Source of the DNA: an uncultured Chloroflexia bacterium
GTDB lineage: Bacteria; Chloroflexota; Anaerolineae; Anaerolineales; UBA4823
Length of the DNA stretch: 64,000 nt
Assembly: GCA_963827155.1 (NCBI GenBank)
Contig: CAWGZV010000002.1
Coordinates: 2,759,294-2,823,293, forward strand
Direction of reading: 5' to 3'
Both the position numbers and the translations under genes were made by a program. Of this stretch, positions 9,457 through 21,241 are shown in pieces. Every line of letters begins with the position of its first letter. Within the stretch, counting starts at the first letter, position 1. The notes under the pieces were generated by a model that had not been told where the DNA came from, made no database searches, and saw only the letters and a list, made by a program, of their open reading frames with translations.

Positions 9457-11522
9457 TTACTGCTTGGAGAAGTTGTACCACCTGAAGCCGGAGAAAATTG
9501 GGTTGTAGAAGTAACCGTTCACCCAGCGCTGCTGGTAACGGTTGCTGGTGGGGACGTAGAGAGGGATCGAAGAAGCCACATCGTAGTACAGGGCGTTGAA
9601 TTCCTTGTAGATCTCCGCGCGCTTGTCTGGATCGGTCTCAGCCACACCGCGGTTGATGATCTCCTGGAATTGATCCTTGATCTCCTGAGGCATCTTCTGC
9701 CGGCCACCGTAAGTGCCGACGGTGAACGGGACTACCCAGTTGTGCGGGTCGTGGATGTCTTCCAACCAGCCGCTGAAGAAAATCGGCAGCTTGCTGGCGC
9801 GCTGGTTCTTGAGGAAGGTCGGCCAAGGCAGACCGGTCACCTCAACTATGAACAGCTCGTTAATCGAACCCAACTCACTCTGCAGGATCTGTCCAGCGGA
9901 CTGGCGGCTGGTGTTGCCGGTGTTGTAGACCGCGGTGAAGCGGAAGCCGGTATCCCAGAGCGAAATGTCGCCATTCTCATCGGGTACAAAGCCATCGCCT
10001 TCGGCTTTCCACTTGGAAGCCTGCAGCTCCTCCTGGCATTTGGCGGGATCGTAGGTATAGATCGGGCTGTCTTCCTGGTAACCGATCATCCCTGGGAGCA
10101 TGACATTGTTCGAGCGCACACCCATACCAAGGAAAACATCGGAAAGGTAAACGTCATAGTTGAAGCAGTAGGCGAAGCCTTTTCGGACATGTGGGTCGCT
10201 GAAGAAGTTGGCGGGGATGCCATCGCCATCCAGCTTGCCGGAGCCAACGAAGTTGTTGCCGCCCTCGGTATTCAGGGCGAAGGTGTAGAACATATCCTGG
10301 CGGGTAACGTTCTGCAGATCTTAACCACAACCAAAGGCTTGCTGGGATCGACTTCCTGGCAGTCATCGGTGGTCAGCTGGCACTCAACGCCAACCAGGGT
10401 GTCCATCTGCGGGTAATCTGCGGTGGAGCCAGTGGAGATATGGTCCGCATCGCCAGCCTCGAGCATTGCAAAGCGGGTGCTGAATTCGTCAATCGACTTG
10501 ACGATCACGTTCTTCAGCGCTGCGGGACCGGTTGGCTGACCTTCCCATTCGGGCTCGGTCTTCCAGTATCCATCGAAGGCGGTGAGGACGTACTCTTCAC
10601 CCGGGGTCCAGTGGTCCAGTTTGAAGGGGCCGGTGCCGTTCTCGGAGACGCCGAGGGGGGTCTCGTTGAGCTGGTCTGAGGATTTGCCGTAGAAATTCTG
10701 CCAGGTGGCGCAATCGCCGTCCCAGCCGCCGTTAGCGGAGACCCAGGCTTTGGATACAATCGAGCCCCAGTTGTTGGCGATGGTCGGGATGAAGGGCCCC
10801 CAGGGCTGGGCAAGCTGCATGACGACGGTGCCAGCGGCATTATCAGCCACGATCACATCGGTGACCTTCTTGCAGGTGTCGAGCAGGACCTGAGGATCCA
10901 CGGCGGCGAGCGCCTCGGGATCATCGTTGAGAGCCGAGTTGATCAGATCGGTCACATCATTGATGCCGATACCCAAGAAGGGCTCGGTGAGCAGGAACTG
11001 CGGGGAGACCGTGCCGCCCTGCAGGATGCCGCGCTGGAAGGTGTAGGCTACATCTTCGGGGGTCATCTCGGTGCCGTCGTGGAACTTGACGCCCGGGCGG
11101 ATCTTGAAGGTGTAAGTCATGCTGTCTGCCGAAAGGCCACCGTTTTCTATGGTGGGGACTTCGAGGGCCAGCATCGGCACGAAGGAGTTCGGGTCCTCTC
11201 GCTTGTAATCGACCAACCGGTCGTACACGTTCTCGGTGACAGCGCCACCAGCGGTCTCGTAATCCAGAGCCGGATCAAGGGTCTCGGGATCACCGAAGGT
11301 CGCCCAGGTATAAGTGGTCGGGTCCTTTGATTTCCATTCCTTTGATACTACAGGTTCAGGGGTCGCAGTCACTACAACCGTCTCACCTTCCATCTGAACT
11401 TCGACGGTCTTTACGACCTCTACGGTCTTGACCACTTCTGCGGGAGCTGCCGGGGCGCAAGCTGCCAGCACCATGCTCGCCAGTACGAACAATGAAACAA
11501 TCAGGAACAATTTGTTACGCAT
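9457..11522 (-). pseudogene. ABC transporter substrate-binding lipoprotein, family 5, frameshifted as sequenced
   Basis: ORF 10272..11558 is the N-terminal part, with lipoprotein signal MRNKLFLIVSLFVLASMVLAAC from ATG 11522 and SD GAGGAG. ORF 9457..10293 is the C-terminal part. Frames rejoin (..KPLVVVK|DLQNVTRQDMFYTFALN..) by adding one base to a 2-nt run at ~10321. Confidence 0.88.
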
Positions 11523-11723
11523 GTTTCTTCTCCTCATGAAAATTGGTTTCAAATTCACGTCTCAACATTCTTATCCATATCACTTGAGTGTTCTGAACAA
11601 ACCACCTCCTTTCAATTCTATTCTTAGTTATTGGTGCATCCCTTTCTGCGTTTTGTCTTTCCTGTTATTGTTGGATAGAAGGTTCCAACCAACAACCAAT
11701 AACTAAAAGCTGAAGCCTCGCTA

Positions 11724-12719
11724 CTATACCAGATGACAGGCTACCCAGTGATCGGATGCAACTTCTCGCCAGGCAGGTGTTTGCTCTGCACAGATCTTTT
11801 CTGCCAGCGGGCAGCGCGTGCGAAAACGGCAGCCTGAAGGCGGGTTAACCGGGCTGGGCACATCCCCTTCGAGGATAATCCGCTGGCGTTTCTCTTCGAG
11901 GAATGGATCTGGAACCGGGACTGCCGAAAGCAGCGCCTGGGTGTAAGGATGAAGCGGATGTTTATACAGCTCTTCGCGTGAGGTAAGCTCCGCCAGGATC
12001 CCCAGATACATCACCGCGACCCGGTCGCTGATGTGGCGAACCATAGACAGGTCGTGGGCAATAAAAAGGTAAGTCAATCCCAGTTTTTCCTGCAGCTCTT
12101 CGAGAAGGTTAATTACCTGGGCCTGGATCGAAACATCCAATGCTGAGATCGGCTCATCGCAGACAATGAAATCTGGGTTGAGGGCGAGGGCACGGGCAAT
12201 CCCGATGCGCTGGCGCTGACCGCCGGAGAACTCATGTGGATAACGTGAGGCAAAACCGGGGTTCAGCCGCACGAGGTCGAGTAGCTGGTTCACCCGGTCC
12301 TCGATTTCCTTGCTTTTCATAATGTCGTGAACCACAAGCGGCTCACCAACAATATCGCGAATCGTCATGCGGGGGTTGAGGCTGGCGTATGGATCTTGAA
12401 AGATCATCTGCATGCGCTGGCGCATACGACGCAGATCATCCCCTTTCATCACCGCCAGGTCTTCATCTGCAAAAAAGACATGCCCGGAGGTGGGCCGATA
12501 AAGCTGAAGGATTGTGCGTCCAGCGGTTGATTTTCCACAACCCGACTCACCGACCAGACCGAACGTCTCGCCGGATTTTACTTCAAAGGTAATGCCATCC
12601 ACAGCATGAACTACACCGACCTGGCGCTGAAAAACGCCCGCCATGATCGGGAAATGTTTAACCAAATCATCAACTCGCAATAGGACGTGGTTTTCAGACA
12701 TTGCGCGGCCTGCTTTCAT
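11724..12719 (-). CDS. Peptide ABC transporter ATP-binding protein (OppF/DppF type), second system
   Basis: Walker [10 protein letters not shown], signature FSGGQRQR, Walker [14 protein letters not shown]-terminal CRFRTRC. Alternative start MSENHVL at 12701. Confidence 0.92.
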   Translation of the reverse strand: MKAGRAMSENHVLLRVDDLVKHFPIMAGVFQRQVGVVHAVDGITFEVKSGETFGLVGESGCGKSTAGRTILQLYRPTSGHVFFADEDLAVMKGDDLRRMRQRMQMIFQDPYASLNPRMTIRDIVGEPLVVHDIMKSKEIEDRVNQLLDLVRLNPGFASRYPHEFSGGQRQRIGIARALALNPDFIVCDEPISALDVSIQAQVINLLEELQEKLGLTYLFIAHDLSMVRHISDRVAVMYLGILAELTSREELYKHPLHPYTQALLSAVPVPDPFLEEKRQRIILEGDVPSPVNPPSGCRFRTRCPLAEKICAEQTPAWREVASDHWVACHLV

Positions 12720-13701
12720 TTACATCCCACCAACAAGCCGACTGATGGCTGACTCCAACGTCCATTAGGGGAGGGTTTTCAACACAGCGATCGAATGCAT
12801 AAGGACAGCGAGGTTGGAACGGGCATGCCACAGGTCTCTCTAACAGCAGGGGGGGCAAACCCGGAATGACGTTCAGCTTCTCATGTTCGCCACGGTCGAG
12901 GCGAGGCAGGCTTTTCAACAATCCCAATGTATATGGGTGCGAGGGATTTGAGTAAAGCTCCTTGACCGGGGCTTCTTCAATAATATAACCGGCATACATC
13001 ACCAGCATACGCTGAGCCATTCCAGCAACCACTCCAAGGTCATGAGTGATCCAAATCACCGACATCCCGATCTCGTCACGCAGCTTCTTGACCAGGTCAA
13101 TGATCTGAGCCTGGATGGTCACATCCAAAGCGGTTGTGGGCTCATCTGCAATCAAGATCTGTGGATTGCAAGCCAATGCCATTGCGATCATCACACGCTG
13201 GCGCATCCCGCCGGAGAACTGATGCGGGTATTGGGTCAGGCGCTTCTCAGCTTCTGGGATACCAACAAGCCGCAAGAGCTCGACAACACGCTCTTCAGCA
13301 TCTTTTTTGGTCATCCCCAGGTGGAGGATAAGCGGTTCTGAAACCTGTTTGCCGATGGTGAGCACAGGATTTAGAGAGGTCATCGGATCTTGAAAGATCA
13401 TTGCGATCTGAGCGCCACGCACTGCCCGGATTTCATCCGGAGAAAGGTGGAGCAGATCTTCTCCATGGAAAAGGGCTTTCCCATGTTCTATTCTTCCTGG
13501 GGGTTGGGGAATAAGTTGGAGAACCGAAAGCATCGTGACGCTTTTCCCACATCCGCTTTCTCCTACCACGCCCAGGGTTTCGCCTTCCGCCAAGTCAAAA
13601 CTTACGCCATTTAATGCATAAACGGTACCTTCTGGTGTGTTAAATCTTGTTACTAAGTCTTCGACTTTAAGTATTGTTTGGCGACCATTGCTGGAAATCA
13701 T
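12694..13701 (-). CDS. Peptide ABC transporter ATP-binding protein (OppD/DppD type), second system
   Basis: Walker A GESGCGKS, signature FSGGMRQR, Walker [12 protein letters not shown]. The ORF track begins at TTG 13767; ATG 13701 ([16 protein letters not shown]) fits the family N-terminus better. Confidence 0.9.
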   Translation of the reverse strand: MISSNGRQTILKVEDLVTRFNTPEGTVYALNGVSFDLAEGETLGVVGESGCGKSVTMLSVLQLIPQPPGRIEHGKALFHGEDLLHLSPDEIRAVRGAQIAMIFQDPMTSLNPVLTIGKQVSEPLILHLGMTKKDAEERVVELLRLVGIPEAEKRLTQYPHQFSGGMRQRVMIAMALACNPQILIADEPTTALDVTIQAQIIDLVKKLRDEIGMSVIWITHDLGVVAGMAQRMLVMYAGYIIEEAPVKELYSNPSHPYTLGLLKSLPRLDRGEHEKLNVIPGLPPLLLERPVACPFQPRCPYAFDRCVENPPLMDVGVSHQSACWWDVNESRPRNV

Positions 13702-13918
13702 TAAAGGCGGTTCTCCTCGATTTTTTGTTTTTAGCCATTTTTTTCGATTTTTGGCTTTAAACAACACCTGATCTGATAAGAATACTCACCAGATCCATAA
13801 TAAGTTCAAATAATCCCCCATTTTGGGAGTGATTATATTATTTGCAAATTCCGACAGCATTTTTTATGCGTAAACCATTTAATACATTTATACCAACTGG
13901 GGTGTTTCGCGAGGCTGA

Positions 13919-13947
13919 ATTATAAGTTGATTCGATATGTGTGTCAA
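13919..13947 (-). promoter_or_regulatory. Consensus sigma-70 promoter for the ABC-transporter array
   Basis: Minus strand: TTGACA (13947..13942), 17 nt, TATAAT (13924..13919). A second TTGACA lies at 13956..13951. Confidence 0.6.
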
Positions 13948-13984
13948 TTATGTCAAATTTCCCTTTTTTAGGGTTATTTTCAGC

Positions 13985-14884
13985 CTATTCGGCATCACCA
14001 AATCGCATTCGCAAGTAGGATTGATAGCGATCTGGATGAATATCTCCGGTCTCCAGCGCTAACAGCACCGCGCAGCCCGGTTCATGCACGTGGGTGCAAT
14101 CGCTGAACTGGCAATCTGGCACCCTCTCCCGTAATTCCGGGAAATATGCGTCCAGCTCCTCCGGTTCCACATCCCATAATGCCAGAGCTTTCAAACCAGG
14201 AGTATCCGCAACATATCCGCCTTCCACCAATGGGAACAACTCACGAACGACCGTGGTGTGGCGTCCTTTACTAGTGGTTTGACTTACCTGGCGCACACGC
14301 AGCCCCAGGTCCGGTTGAATAGCGTTCAGCAAGCTGGACTTCCCTACCCCCGAAGGTCCCGTGAAGAGGGTAATTTTACCTATTAAGACATCCTTCAACT
14401 GCTCGATCCCCTCGCCGGTTTGGGCCGAAGTGTGGATTGTGAGATATCCTATTTGCTTGTAGCGCAAGAAATGATCCTGGGCTTGCTCTAATGTAACAAG
14501 ATCGGTCTTATTAGCGATGAGGACTGCCGAAACATGGTTCTTTTCTGCGATGACAAGAAAACGGTCAATCATCCCAAACCGAGGTTCGGGCTGTCTGTTG
14601 GCAAACACCAACACGATCTGATCTGGATTGGCGATGAGGATTTGCTGATATTCGCCATGCGGCAAAGGGGCAAGCCGTGAAAACATGGACTTGCGAGGCT
14701 CAATGGATTCAATCATTCCATGGGAGGATTCGGTTGGCGTCACCTGGACTCGGTCGCCAACTGCAACAACATCCCCCTGGCGGCGACCTTTTAGCAGTCT
14801 GCCGCGCAAACGGCAGACAATTTCTCCTTTTTCCGTTTTAACGGTGAAAAAACCAGATTGAGCACGTACGACCAGACCAATCAT
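13985..14884 (-). CDS. rsgA: Ribosome small-subunit-dependent GTPase A
   Basis: Circularly permuted GTPase: NKTDL (G4) precedes the P-loop GPSGVGKSSLLN. C-terminal zinc motif CQFSDCTHVHEPGC. Confidence 0.92.
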   Translation of the reverse strand: MIGLVVRAQSGFFTVKTEKGEIVCRLRGRLLKGRRQGDVVAVGDRVQVTPTESSHGMIESIEPRKSMFSRLAPLPHGEYQQILIANPDQIVLVFANRQPEPRFGMIDRFLVIAEKNHVSAVLIANKTDLVTLEQAQDHFLRYKQIGYLTIHTSAQTGEGIEQLKDVLIGKITLFTGPSGVGKSSLLNAIQPDLGLRVRQVSQTTSKGRHTTVVRELFPLVEGGYVADTPGLKALALWDVEPEELDAYFPELRERVPDCQFSDCTHVHEPGCAVLLALETGDIHPDRYQSYLRMRFGDAE

Positions 14885-14891
14885 TACGATC

Positions 14892-17146
14892 TCATGGCGC
14901 TGGCGGTGTGCCAGGAACAGCGATTGGGGTACCCCCAGCCGTGACTGTGGAGGTAATGGGCATATTCAATGATGACTCCCACCAGTAAAGTTTTTGAGGT
15001 TGACCGCTGAAATAAAGCTCCACAATCCGCCGGAAGATCGGCGCGGCGTAATCTGAGCCTTCACCGACGTTTTCAACCAGGACAACGCCAGCGATATCTG
15101 GTTTGTCTGGCCGGCCGGCATCGGTATAGCCCGCAAACCAGGCATGCGGCGCTCCATTCGAGGATTGAGCTGTCCCTGTTTTCCCCGCAACCGGGATATC
15201 CAGACCGGTGAAGACATGCCAGGCAGTACCCGCGGTTTTTCGTTCCGGATAACACCGACCATTGCGTCCTGGATCACCTTGAGGGTTTCTGGCTTGAGCG
15301 GCAGGCGCGAATCGACCTGCGGTTTAAAGATCGTCGTAGCTTTACCATCCGGCGCAGAAATTTTCTCAATCACTTGCGGACGGAAGAGTTTACCTCCATT
15401 CCCAATTGCTGCCGTAAAGTTAGCGACCTGAATAGGAGTGACCAGAACCGGCCCCTGTCCAATAGCCATATTGACCGCGTCAACAATCCCTTCGGGGTCG
15501 GGAATCTGCCCGGATTCCTCCTCCAAACCTACCACTCCCGTCGGCTTTCCCAAACCAAAGCCACGCGCTATATCTGAGACCGCATCAGTCAGCCCAAGAT
15601 TAAATAGATCTAAACCGATGTGCCAAAAGAAGGGATTGCATGAGCGGATCAATCCCTGGGGGAGGGTGAGCAAACCGCTAGGTGAAGCACGCCCGTCTTG
15701 AAGGAAATAATCATACGTCCAGTCATGCAGACGGGCTCCAGGGAGCTCATCGAAGAAATATCCGCATTGGTAGGTGGTGGAGGGAGAGTACTCTCCACTC
15801 TCCAAAGCAGCTGCCATCGTGATAATCTTGAATACCGACCCTAATGGGTATTGGCCTTGGGTTGCCCGATTTAAAAGCGGTTGGTTTGGGTCACTGACGA
15901 TTGAATATTGAAGTTGAGTGCTGTTATAGTTTATCGGCTCAAAGGCGTTGGGATCAAATCCAGGGGAAGAGACCATGACCAACACTCGCCCGGTATCACG
16001 CTCCAAGATCACGATCGCGCCGCGAAATTTAGAGATCGCCTGCTCTGCAGCTATTTGAAAATCTCGCTCGAGGGTTGTGTAAATCGATTGAGACGCTTCA
16101 GGGGTGGACTCTGCCAGGCGAGTGACTGGCTGACCCTGAGCGTTAAACACGTATAATGCGCCTCCACGCTTTCCGGAGAGCTCGGTTTCCCCCCATTTTT
16201 CAACTCCACTGCGCCCCACCCGCTCATCCGGTTGATAGCCTTTTCTTTTGTATTCCTCAACTTCCTCAGGCTGGATTGCGCTGACATAACCGACAACATG
16301 TGAGGCGATGCCACCATCAAAATAGTAGCGCGACTTATACGGTCGCATGACGATCCCTTTTAGATCAGAAAGCGCTGAAAACTGAGTCGAGATCACTTCA
16401 GCGGAAACTTCACCCAATGGAATGTACCAGCCGGCGCCTGCCGGAGCGTCTTCATAGAGGGAGCGGATAACATCGATACGCATTCCAGTTAAATCCGATA
16501 ACTTAGCGAAGACCTGGTCTGCTTTTGCCGGCTCAATCTGGTCTGGAAGCATGCCGACTGCGGTCGCATCCGCTTGAGCAACTAACGCCTGTCCGTTTCG
16601 ATCATAGATATTTGCACGCGCAGGCACATATCCACTGCGGTTCATCACAAGGTAGTTAGAGCCTTTTAGCTCTGGAAGCACGAGCATGTCATCCCATTCG
16701 ATCCGCCACTCCCCATTCTCGAGGCGCAGGTTCATCACAGTATCGCGGCTGATGTCTCCGACCAGCACGCTGTGAAGGGTTACCCGGTACAAAACCTGGG
16801 CAGTATCCGGGTTTACCATCACCGAGAGGATTTCATAGTCGATGTTATTGAGTGCTGCTTCGACTGCTACACTTTGATAATGCCTGGAAAACTCATCTGC
16901 TTTGATTGCGTCCTGGCTGAGGGGAGTAAGGAGTGCATACATACTCTTATAATCATCAAGCTTCCATCCATCGAGATATTTCAGCGCCACTTGCTTGACA
17001 GAGTCAATGTTCGCGGCGCTGGAGTACAATCCGATATCTGAAGCCGTTTCGACCGGATTCTTAATTGGGGTAGAGTGGGCGGGCTGCGGCAGGCAGCCAC
17101 AAAGCAACCCAATCAATAAGAACAAAGAAATCAGAGGTTTTCTCAT
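14892..17146 (-). pseudogene. mrdA: Penicillin-binding protein 2 (elongation transpeptidase) with N-terminal NTF2-like domain, frameshifted as sequenced
   Basis: ORF 14966..17146 contains SxxK (GSVFK) and SxN (RSCN). The KTG box (VAGKTGTAQ...HAWFAGY) and true C-terminus appear only after shifting frame at a T5 run (15236..15240, A5 on the coding strand). The restored frame stops at 14892. Confidence 0.88.
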
Positions 17147-17156
17147 TAACTACCGA

Positions 17157-17876
17157 TCATCTCATTAGATCATTTTCTTGAGGATCTGCTTGAAGCAGCG
17201 CCTGGCGGTAAACCGGGCATTCATATTCAAGGTAGCGCTGGCATTCAGTGGATACATCCTTCAGCGCCGGGTAATCGAGCAATGCAAGCAATCGAGAGGC
17301 ATGACAAATCGGCAAACCCGTTACATTTGCATAACAACCCTGCAAGTTTTGTACCGGGCGAAAGCCAGCATGCTGAATAGCGTATGCGCCAGCTTTATCA
17401 AATGGATCACCACTAGCGATATATTGAAGGATTTCATCATCGCTGTAATTTCGCATGGGTACTTCGGTCGACACAACTTCACTTACTTGCATCCCATCGG
17501 AAAGACGGTATGCTGCCAGCCCGGTAAATACCCTATGGTTCCTATCGCGCAGCTTCATTAGCATGTCCATCGCTTCTTGCGCGTCCTTTGGTTTTCCCAG
17601 GATGATCGATTCTGAAAAGCCCCTTTCTGCGGGGAAATTTGGATCGACTACGGTTGTATCTGCCGCCAAGATGATCCAATCCGTGAGACTATCCTGTTCC
17701 ATACTCTGCTTTACGGCGAGTGCTTTCTCATGCGCCAACCGTAACACATATTCTTGAGGCGTCTCGCCGCTCAGGACGCTCTCATCGATTTCAGATGCTC
17801 TTTTGATGAAATCCCATCCTCCCAGTGAGAGGAGTTTATGACGACGCGGTGAATTAGAGGCGAGCATGAGCTTCAT
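17157..17876 (-). CDS. maf: Maf-like nucleoside triphosphate pyrophosphatase
   Basis: MKLMLASNSPRRHKLL... with C-terminal DKAGAYAIQ motif. Start placed at ATG 17876 (family-typical N-terminus); the ORF track extends to 17921. Confidence 0.88.
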   Translation of the reverse strand: MKLMLASNSPRRHKLLSLGGWDFIKRASEIDESVLSGETPQEYVLRLAHEKALAVKQSMEQDSLTDWIILAADTTVVDPNFPAERGFSESIILGKPKDAQEAMDMLMKLRDRNHRVFTGLAAYRLSDGMQVSEVVSTEVPMRNYSDDEILQYIASGDPFDKAGAYAIQHAGFRPVQNLQGCYANVTGLPICHASRLLALLDYPALKDVSTECQRYLEYECPVYRQALLQADPQENDLMR

Positions 17877-17882
17877 GAGAAT

Positions 17883-17891
17883 ATTGTAGCA
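17883..17891 (-). promoter_or_regulatory. Extended -10 element TGCTACAAT, 6 nt upstream of the maf ATG (leaderless candidate)
   Basis: Minus strand reads TGCTACAAT-attctc-ATG. Part of a 12-mer that is repeated inverted at 18069..18080. Confidence 0.45.
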
Positions 17892-18071
17892 CATCCAATT
17901 CCACCAATTCCTGGTGATCAAACCGAATGAAGCTCGAAGGTCTCGAAATTTCCTCTGGGATCAGGCGCAAAATTGAACCTCGTGATAATCGTTAATCAAA
18001 TTTGGATAGGTAATTACATTTTGGGCCGAACCAGGACGGGATTGGCTGGATAAGATTAGGCTCTATGAATG

Positions 18072-18080
18072 TGCTACAAT
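18072..18080 (+). promoter_or_regulatory. Extended -10 element TGCTACAAT, 6 nt upstream of ATG 18087 (leaderless candidate)
   Basis: Plus strand reads TGCTACAAT-ttcaag-ATG(CAGATCAAG). It mirrors the maf element. Confidence 0.45.
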
Positions 18081-18086
18081 TTCAAG

Positions 18087-20061
18087 ATGCAGATCAAGCT
18101 ACGCAGAGCACTATGCATGGCTGTGATGTTTTCCCTTTGGACCGTAAGGGTTGGAGCGCAATCAAATTTAACCATCCGGCTCGGTGATCCTGACCTGAAT
18201 GAATTCCCAACAATTTCCGCGTTTCTTGACGTGCACGACGATCAAGGGAATTTTGTCCACAACATCAGCCGTGAACAGGTTACCGTCCTGGAAGACGGGA
18301 AGCCTTCTGAAATTGAGAAAATCGAGGAGGTTCATGCCGGTGTCCAGGCGGTGATCGCGATCAACCCTGGCGCATCGTTCGCCATAAGGAATTTCCAAGC
18401 AGTTTCCCGGTATGACCTCGTTAAAGACCATCTAAAAACCTGGGCAAAAAGCCGAGCTGGGACCACTACGGATGACTGGAGCCTTGTAATAACCGACGGT
18501 TCAACTTTGAGCCATACCACCGATCCGCTTCAATTTCTTAATGGTTTGGAGGCGGATCAGGTGGATCCTCGCACATCATTGGCTTCTATCGATACCTTAG
18601 CCCATGCGATCAAACTTGCTGCCGATCCAACCCAGCATCCAGGGATGGGAAAGGCGGTCTTTTTTATCACTTCAGCAATCGAAGGGGATATTGGACAGGC
18701 AATTAAAGACATCTCCGATCAGGCACTCGCCGAAGGCATCAAAATCTCAGTATGGAACGTAGGATCCAGCGGCGCTCTGATCACACAATCCACCCAAAAT
18801 CTAATGACCCTGGCCAGCAGTACTGGTGGTCAGGTTTTCAATTTCAGCGGTGAGGAAACCCTTCCAGATCCCGAGCAATACCTGGATGCAGTACGGCATG
18901 TCTATCAGATCACTTACCAATCGCATGTAGGGATAAGTGGGGAACATGAGCTGGTTGTTCAGGTGAAGATTGGAGAAGAGGCTGCGGCATCTAATTTTCA
19001 GGTATTTCAAGTCGAGCTCAAACCCCCTGAACCAGCATTTATCTCACCACCTATCACCATCGAACGCCAGTTTGGGGATGGAGAGACTGTTACAAAAGAG
19101 AGTGTCATCTCTGATGGCGCGAATCCGGCCGATATCGTTAACACCGCGCGAGATCAATCTTCAGGTTGTCTTCGATTTTCCAGATGGCCGAAAACGAGAA
19201 TTGTTAAGCAGTGCCTTGATTGTTGATGGCAGCATCGTCGCGGAGAACAAGGCACCGCCATTTGACCAGTTTACATGGGACCTGAAGAATTATCTTCAAG
19301 CTGGCGCCCACCGATTGCAGGTCAGCGCTACCGATAGTCTGGGGCTGACCGGAACCAGCATCGAAGTTCCGGTTGAAATCAGCGTCCAGAACCTGGAAGC
19401 CGATCCATGGTTTGTGCTGCGAAGCAACTTGACCGTCATTGCGCTATTACTGGCGGTGTTAGCAGGAGGGTTTCTTTTTCTGGTGCTTGTGCTTGGCGGA
19501 CGCATCCGCCCATCTGCCCAAAAAGCAGCTGATCAAAAAAGGTCTTCAATTGGAGCCGTAAAACTGGCTCCAATCCACTATGAAGGTCGATCGAATCCCA
19601 ATCAAGGGAGGGCGAACCGGCTGCAGCGTTCGAATATGCCTGCGGTGCCGGAGGCATCTGCCTATCTCCATCGCATGGCCGAAGGGGATATGCCAGTTCA
19701 AGAGCCGCCTATTCCAATCTCTTCTGCTGAGTTATTGGTCGGCAGCGATCCAAGCCGCTCAAATTTATATATTGAAGATGCCTGCATCGAAGGCCTGCAT
19801 GCCCGCCTGAGTCTCGAATCCGATGAGAGCTTTCGCTTAGCTGACCTGGGATCAATTGCTGGGACCTGGGTGAATTTCAACCCTATCCCAAAGGAGGGTG
19901 TAATCTTGCAAAATGGAGATTTAATTCATTTTGGTCGGATCGGTTTTCGTTTCTCAACATCGGACTCGCGACAGGTATTGAAACCAACCGTGATTCTGGA
20001 AGAGTGCCTCGAACCTGAAGCGAAAAACAATGAAACTGATATGGAGGAACCTGATTCATGA
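18087..20061 (+). pseudogene. Membrane protein: signal peptide, vWA-like ectodomain, Ig-like region, TM, C-terminal FHA domain; frameshifted as sequenced
   Basis: ORF 18069..19226 has signal MQIKLRRALCMAVMFSLWTVRVGA and a vWA-like fold with degenerate MIDAS. ORF 18970..20061 has TM VIALLLAVLAGGFLFLVLVLGG and FHA motifs (GLHARL..LGSIAGTWVN..GDLIHFG). The two join at ~19130. Confidence 0.75.
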
Positions 20062-21227
20062 TCCCCGCAGAGCGCGCACATCTAAGGGCAGCTGCGATCA
20101 GCCATCCCGGTATGACCGGAAAAAATAATGAGGATCGCTATGCGGTAGCAGCATTTCGAACCGAAGGTGAAAGACCCATCCCTGTCCTTTTTGCGATAAT
20201 CTCTGACGGGATTGGCGGTCATCGGGCGGGCGAGATCGCCTCGGAGATGGTTGTTGAGACAGTGAGCGAGGCGGTGGCAAAGAGCAACGCCAACAATCCC
20301 ATCCAAACTCTCCGCGAAGCAATCATGCGATCCAGTCAGCAGATTTTGGTGATGGCAGAGGGCGATGATGAGAAAAAAGGGATGGGCGCCACCTGTGCAT
20401 GCGCTTTGATCGTTGGGGATAAACTTTACATCGCTTATGTGGGCGACTCGCGCATTTATTTGATTCGGAATAAGTCAATTCAACAGCTATCTGTTGATCA
20501 TACCTGGATACAGGAAGCCATAGATGCTGGGATCATTGAACCCGAACAAGCAAAAGACCATCCCAATGCTCATGTTATACGTCGGTACCTGGGCTCAAAA
20601 CTGCCGGTTGAGCCTGACACACGGCTGAGGTTAAATCCGGATGAAGATGCTTCTCGAGCCGAATCTAACCAAGGTTTGCACTTACGACCAAACGATTGTT
20701 TAGTTCTATGCAGTGATGGGCTAACAGACCTGGTCGATCCATCTGAAATCCTTGCTGCTAACCTGAGCGATGACCGAGAAGACGCCATCCAAAAACTGGT
20801 TGACCTTGCCAACAAGCGTGGGGGACACGACAATATTACGATTGTTGCGCTGGAGGTACCTGAGCTGATGGTGGAAGCCACTCAGCCTATGGTCCTGGAA
20901 ACGGTTCCTGTGACTAAGAAAAGACCTACATGGCTGCTTCCTACAGCCGGGCTTGTTATTCTATTGCTCCTGATCTTGATTGGGGCAAGCATTCTTTTCT
21001 TGCTTCAACGTTCATCGGTCACCAACGGCGCAAATCCAACAGACTCTTCTACCACCAGCACGCTTCCTGTTATCCTCCCTTCGGAAAGCACTCCAAGCGT
21101 GGATGAAACCGCAATCAGTCCAGCTACGATTCCTGCAACGGTCAGCGTTGGTGAATCAACCACACCTGCACTGATCACTCCGCTGGTGACGCTGACTCCG
21201 TGGCCTACCAACACCCAGCAGCCTTAA
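20058..21227 (+). CDS. PP2C-family Ser/Thr phosphatase with C-terminal TM and Ser/Thr/Pro-rich tail
   Basis: NEDRY..ISDGIGGHRAGEIAS..GATCA..VGDSRIYL..CSDGLTD..GGHDNITIV, then TM LLPTAGLVILLLLILIGASILFLL. The start overlaps the upstream stop (ATGA). Confidence 0.9.
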   Translation: MIPAERAHLRAAAISHPGMTGKNNEDRYAVAAFRTEGERPIPVLFAIISDGIGGHRAGEIASEMVVETVSEAVAKSNANNPIQTLREAIMRSSQQILVMAEGDDEKKGMGATCACALIVGDKLYIAYVGDSRIYLIRNKSIQQLSVDHTWIQEAIDAGIIEPEQAKDHPNAHVIRRYLGSKLPVEPDTRLRLNPDEDASRAESNQGLHLRPNDCLVLCSDGLTDLVDPSEILAANLSDDREDAIQKLVDLANKRGGHDNITIVALEVPELMVEATQPMVLETVPVTKKRPTWLLPTAGLVILLLLILIGASILFLLQRSSVTNGANPTDSSTTSTLPVILPSESTPSVDETAISPATIPATVSVGESTTPALITPLVTLTPWPTNTQQP

Positions 21228-21241
21228 ACACATCGGTATAA

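Noticed and set aside
9670-10416. Long antisense ORFs. Examples: 9670..10416 (+, 248 aa), 31668..32198 (+, 176 aa), 35610..36116 (-, 168 aa), 45418..45996 (-, 192 aa), 50563..51054 (+, 163 aa), 62900..63505 (-, 201 aa).
   Set aside because: Each is fully embedded opposite a gene with clear family motifs (substrate-binding protein, sdhA, qcrC, VLRF1-like, asparaginase, flippase). They have biased Arg/Ser/Pro composition and no SD or domain signatures.
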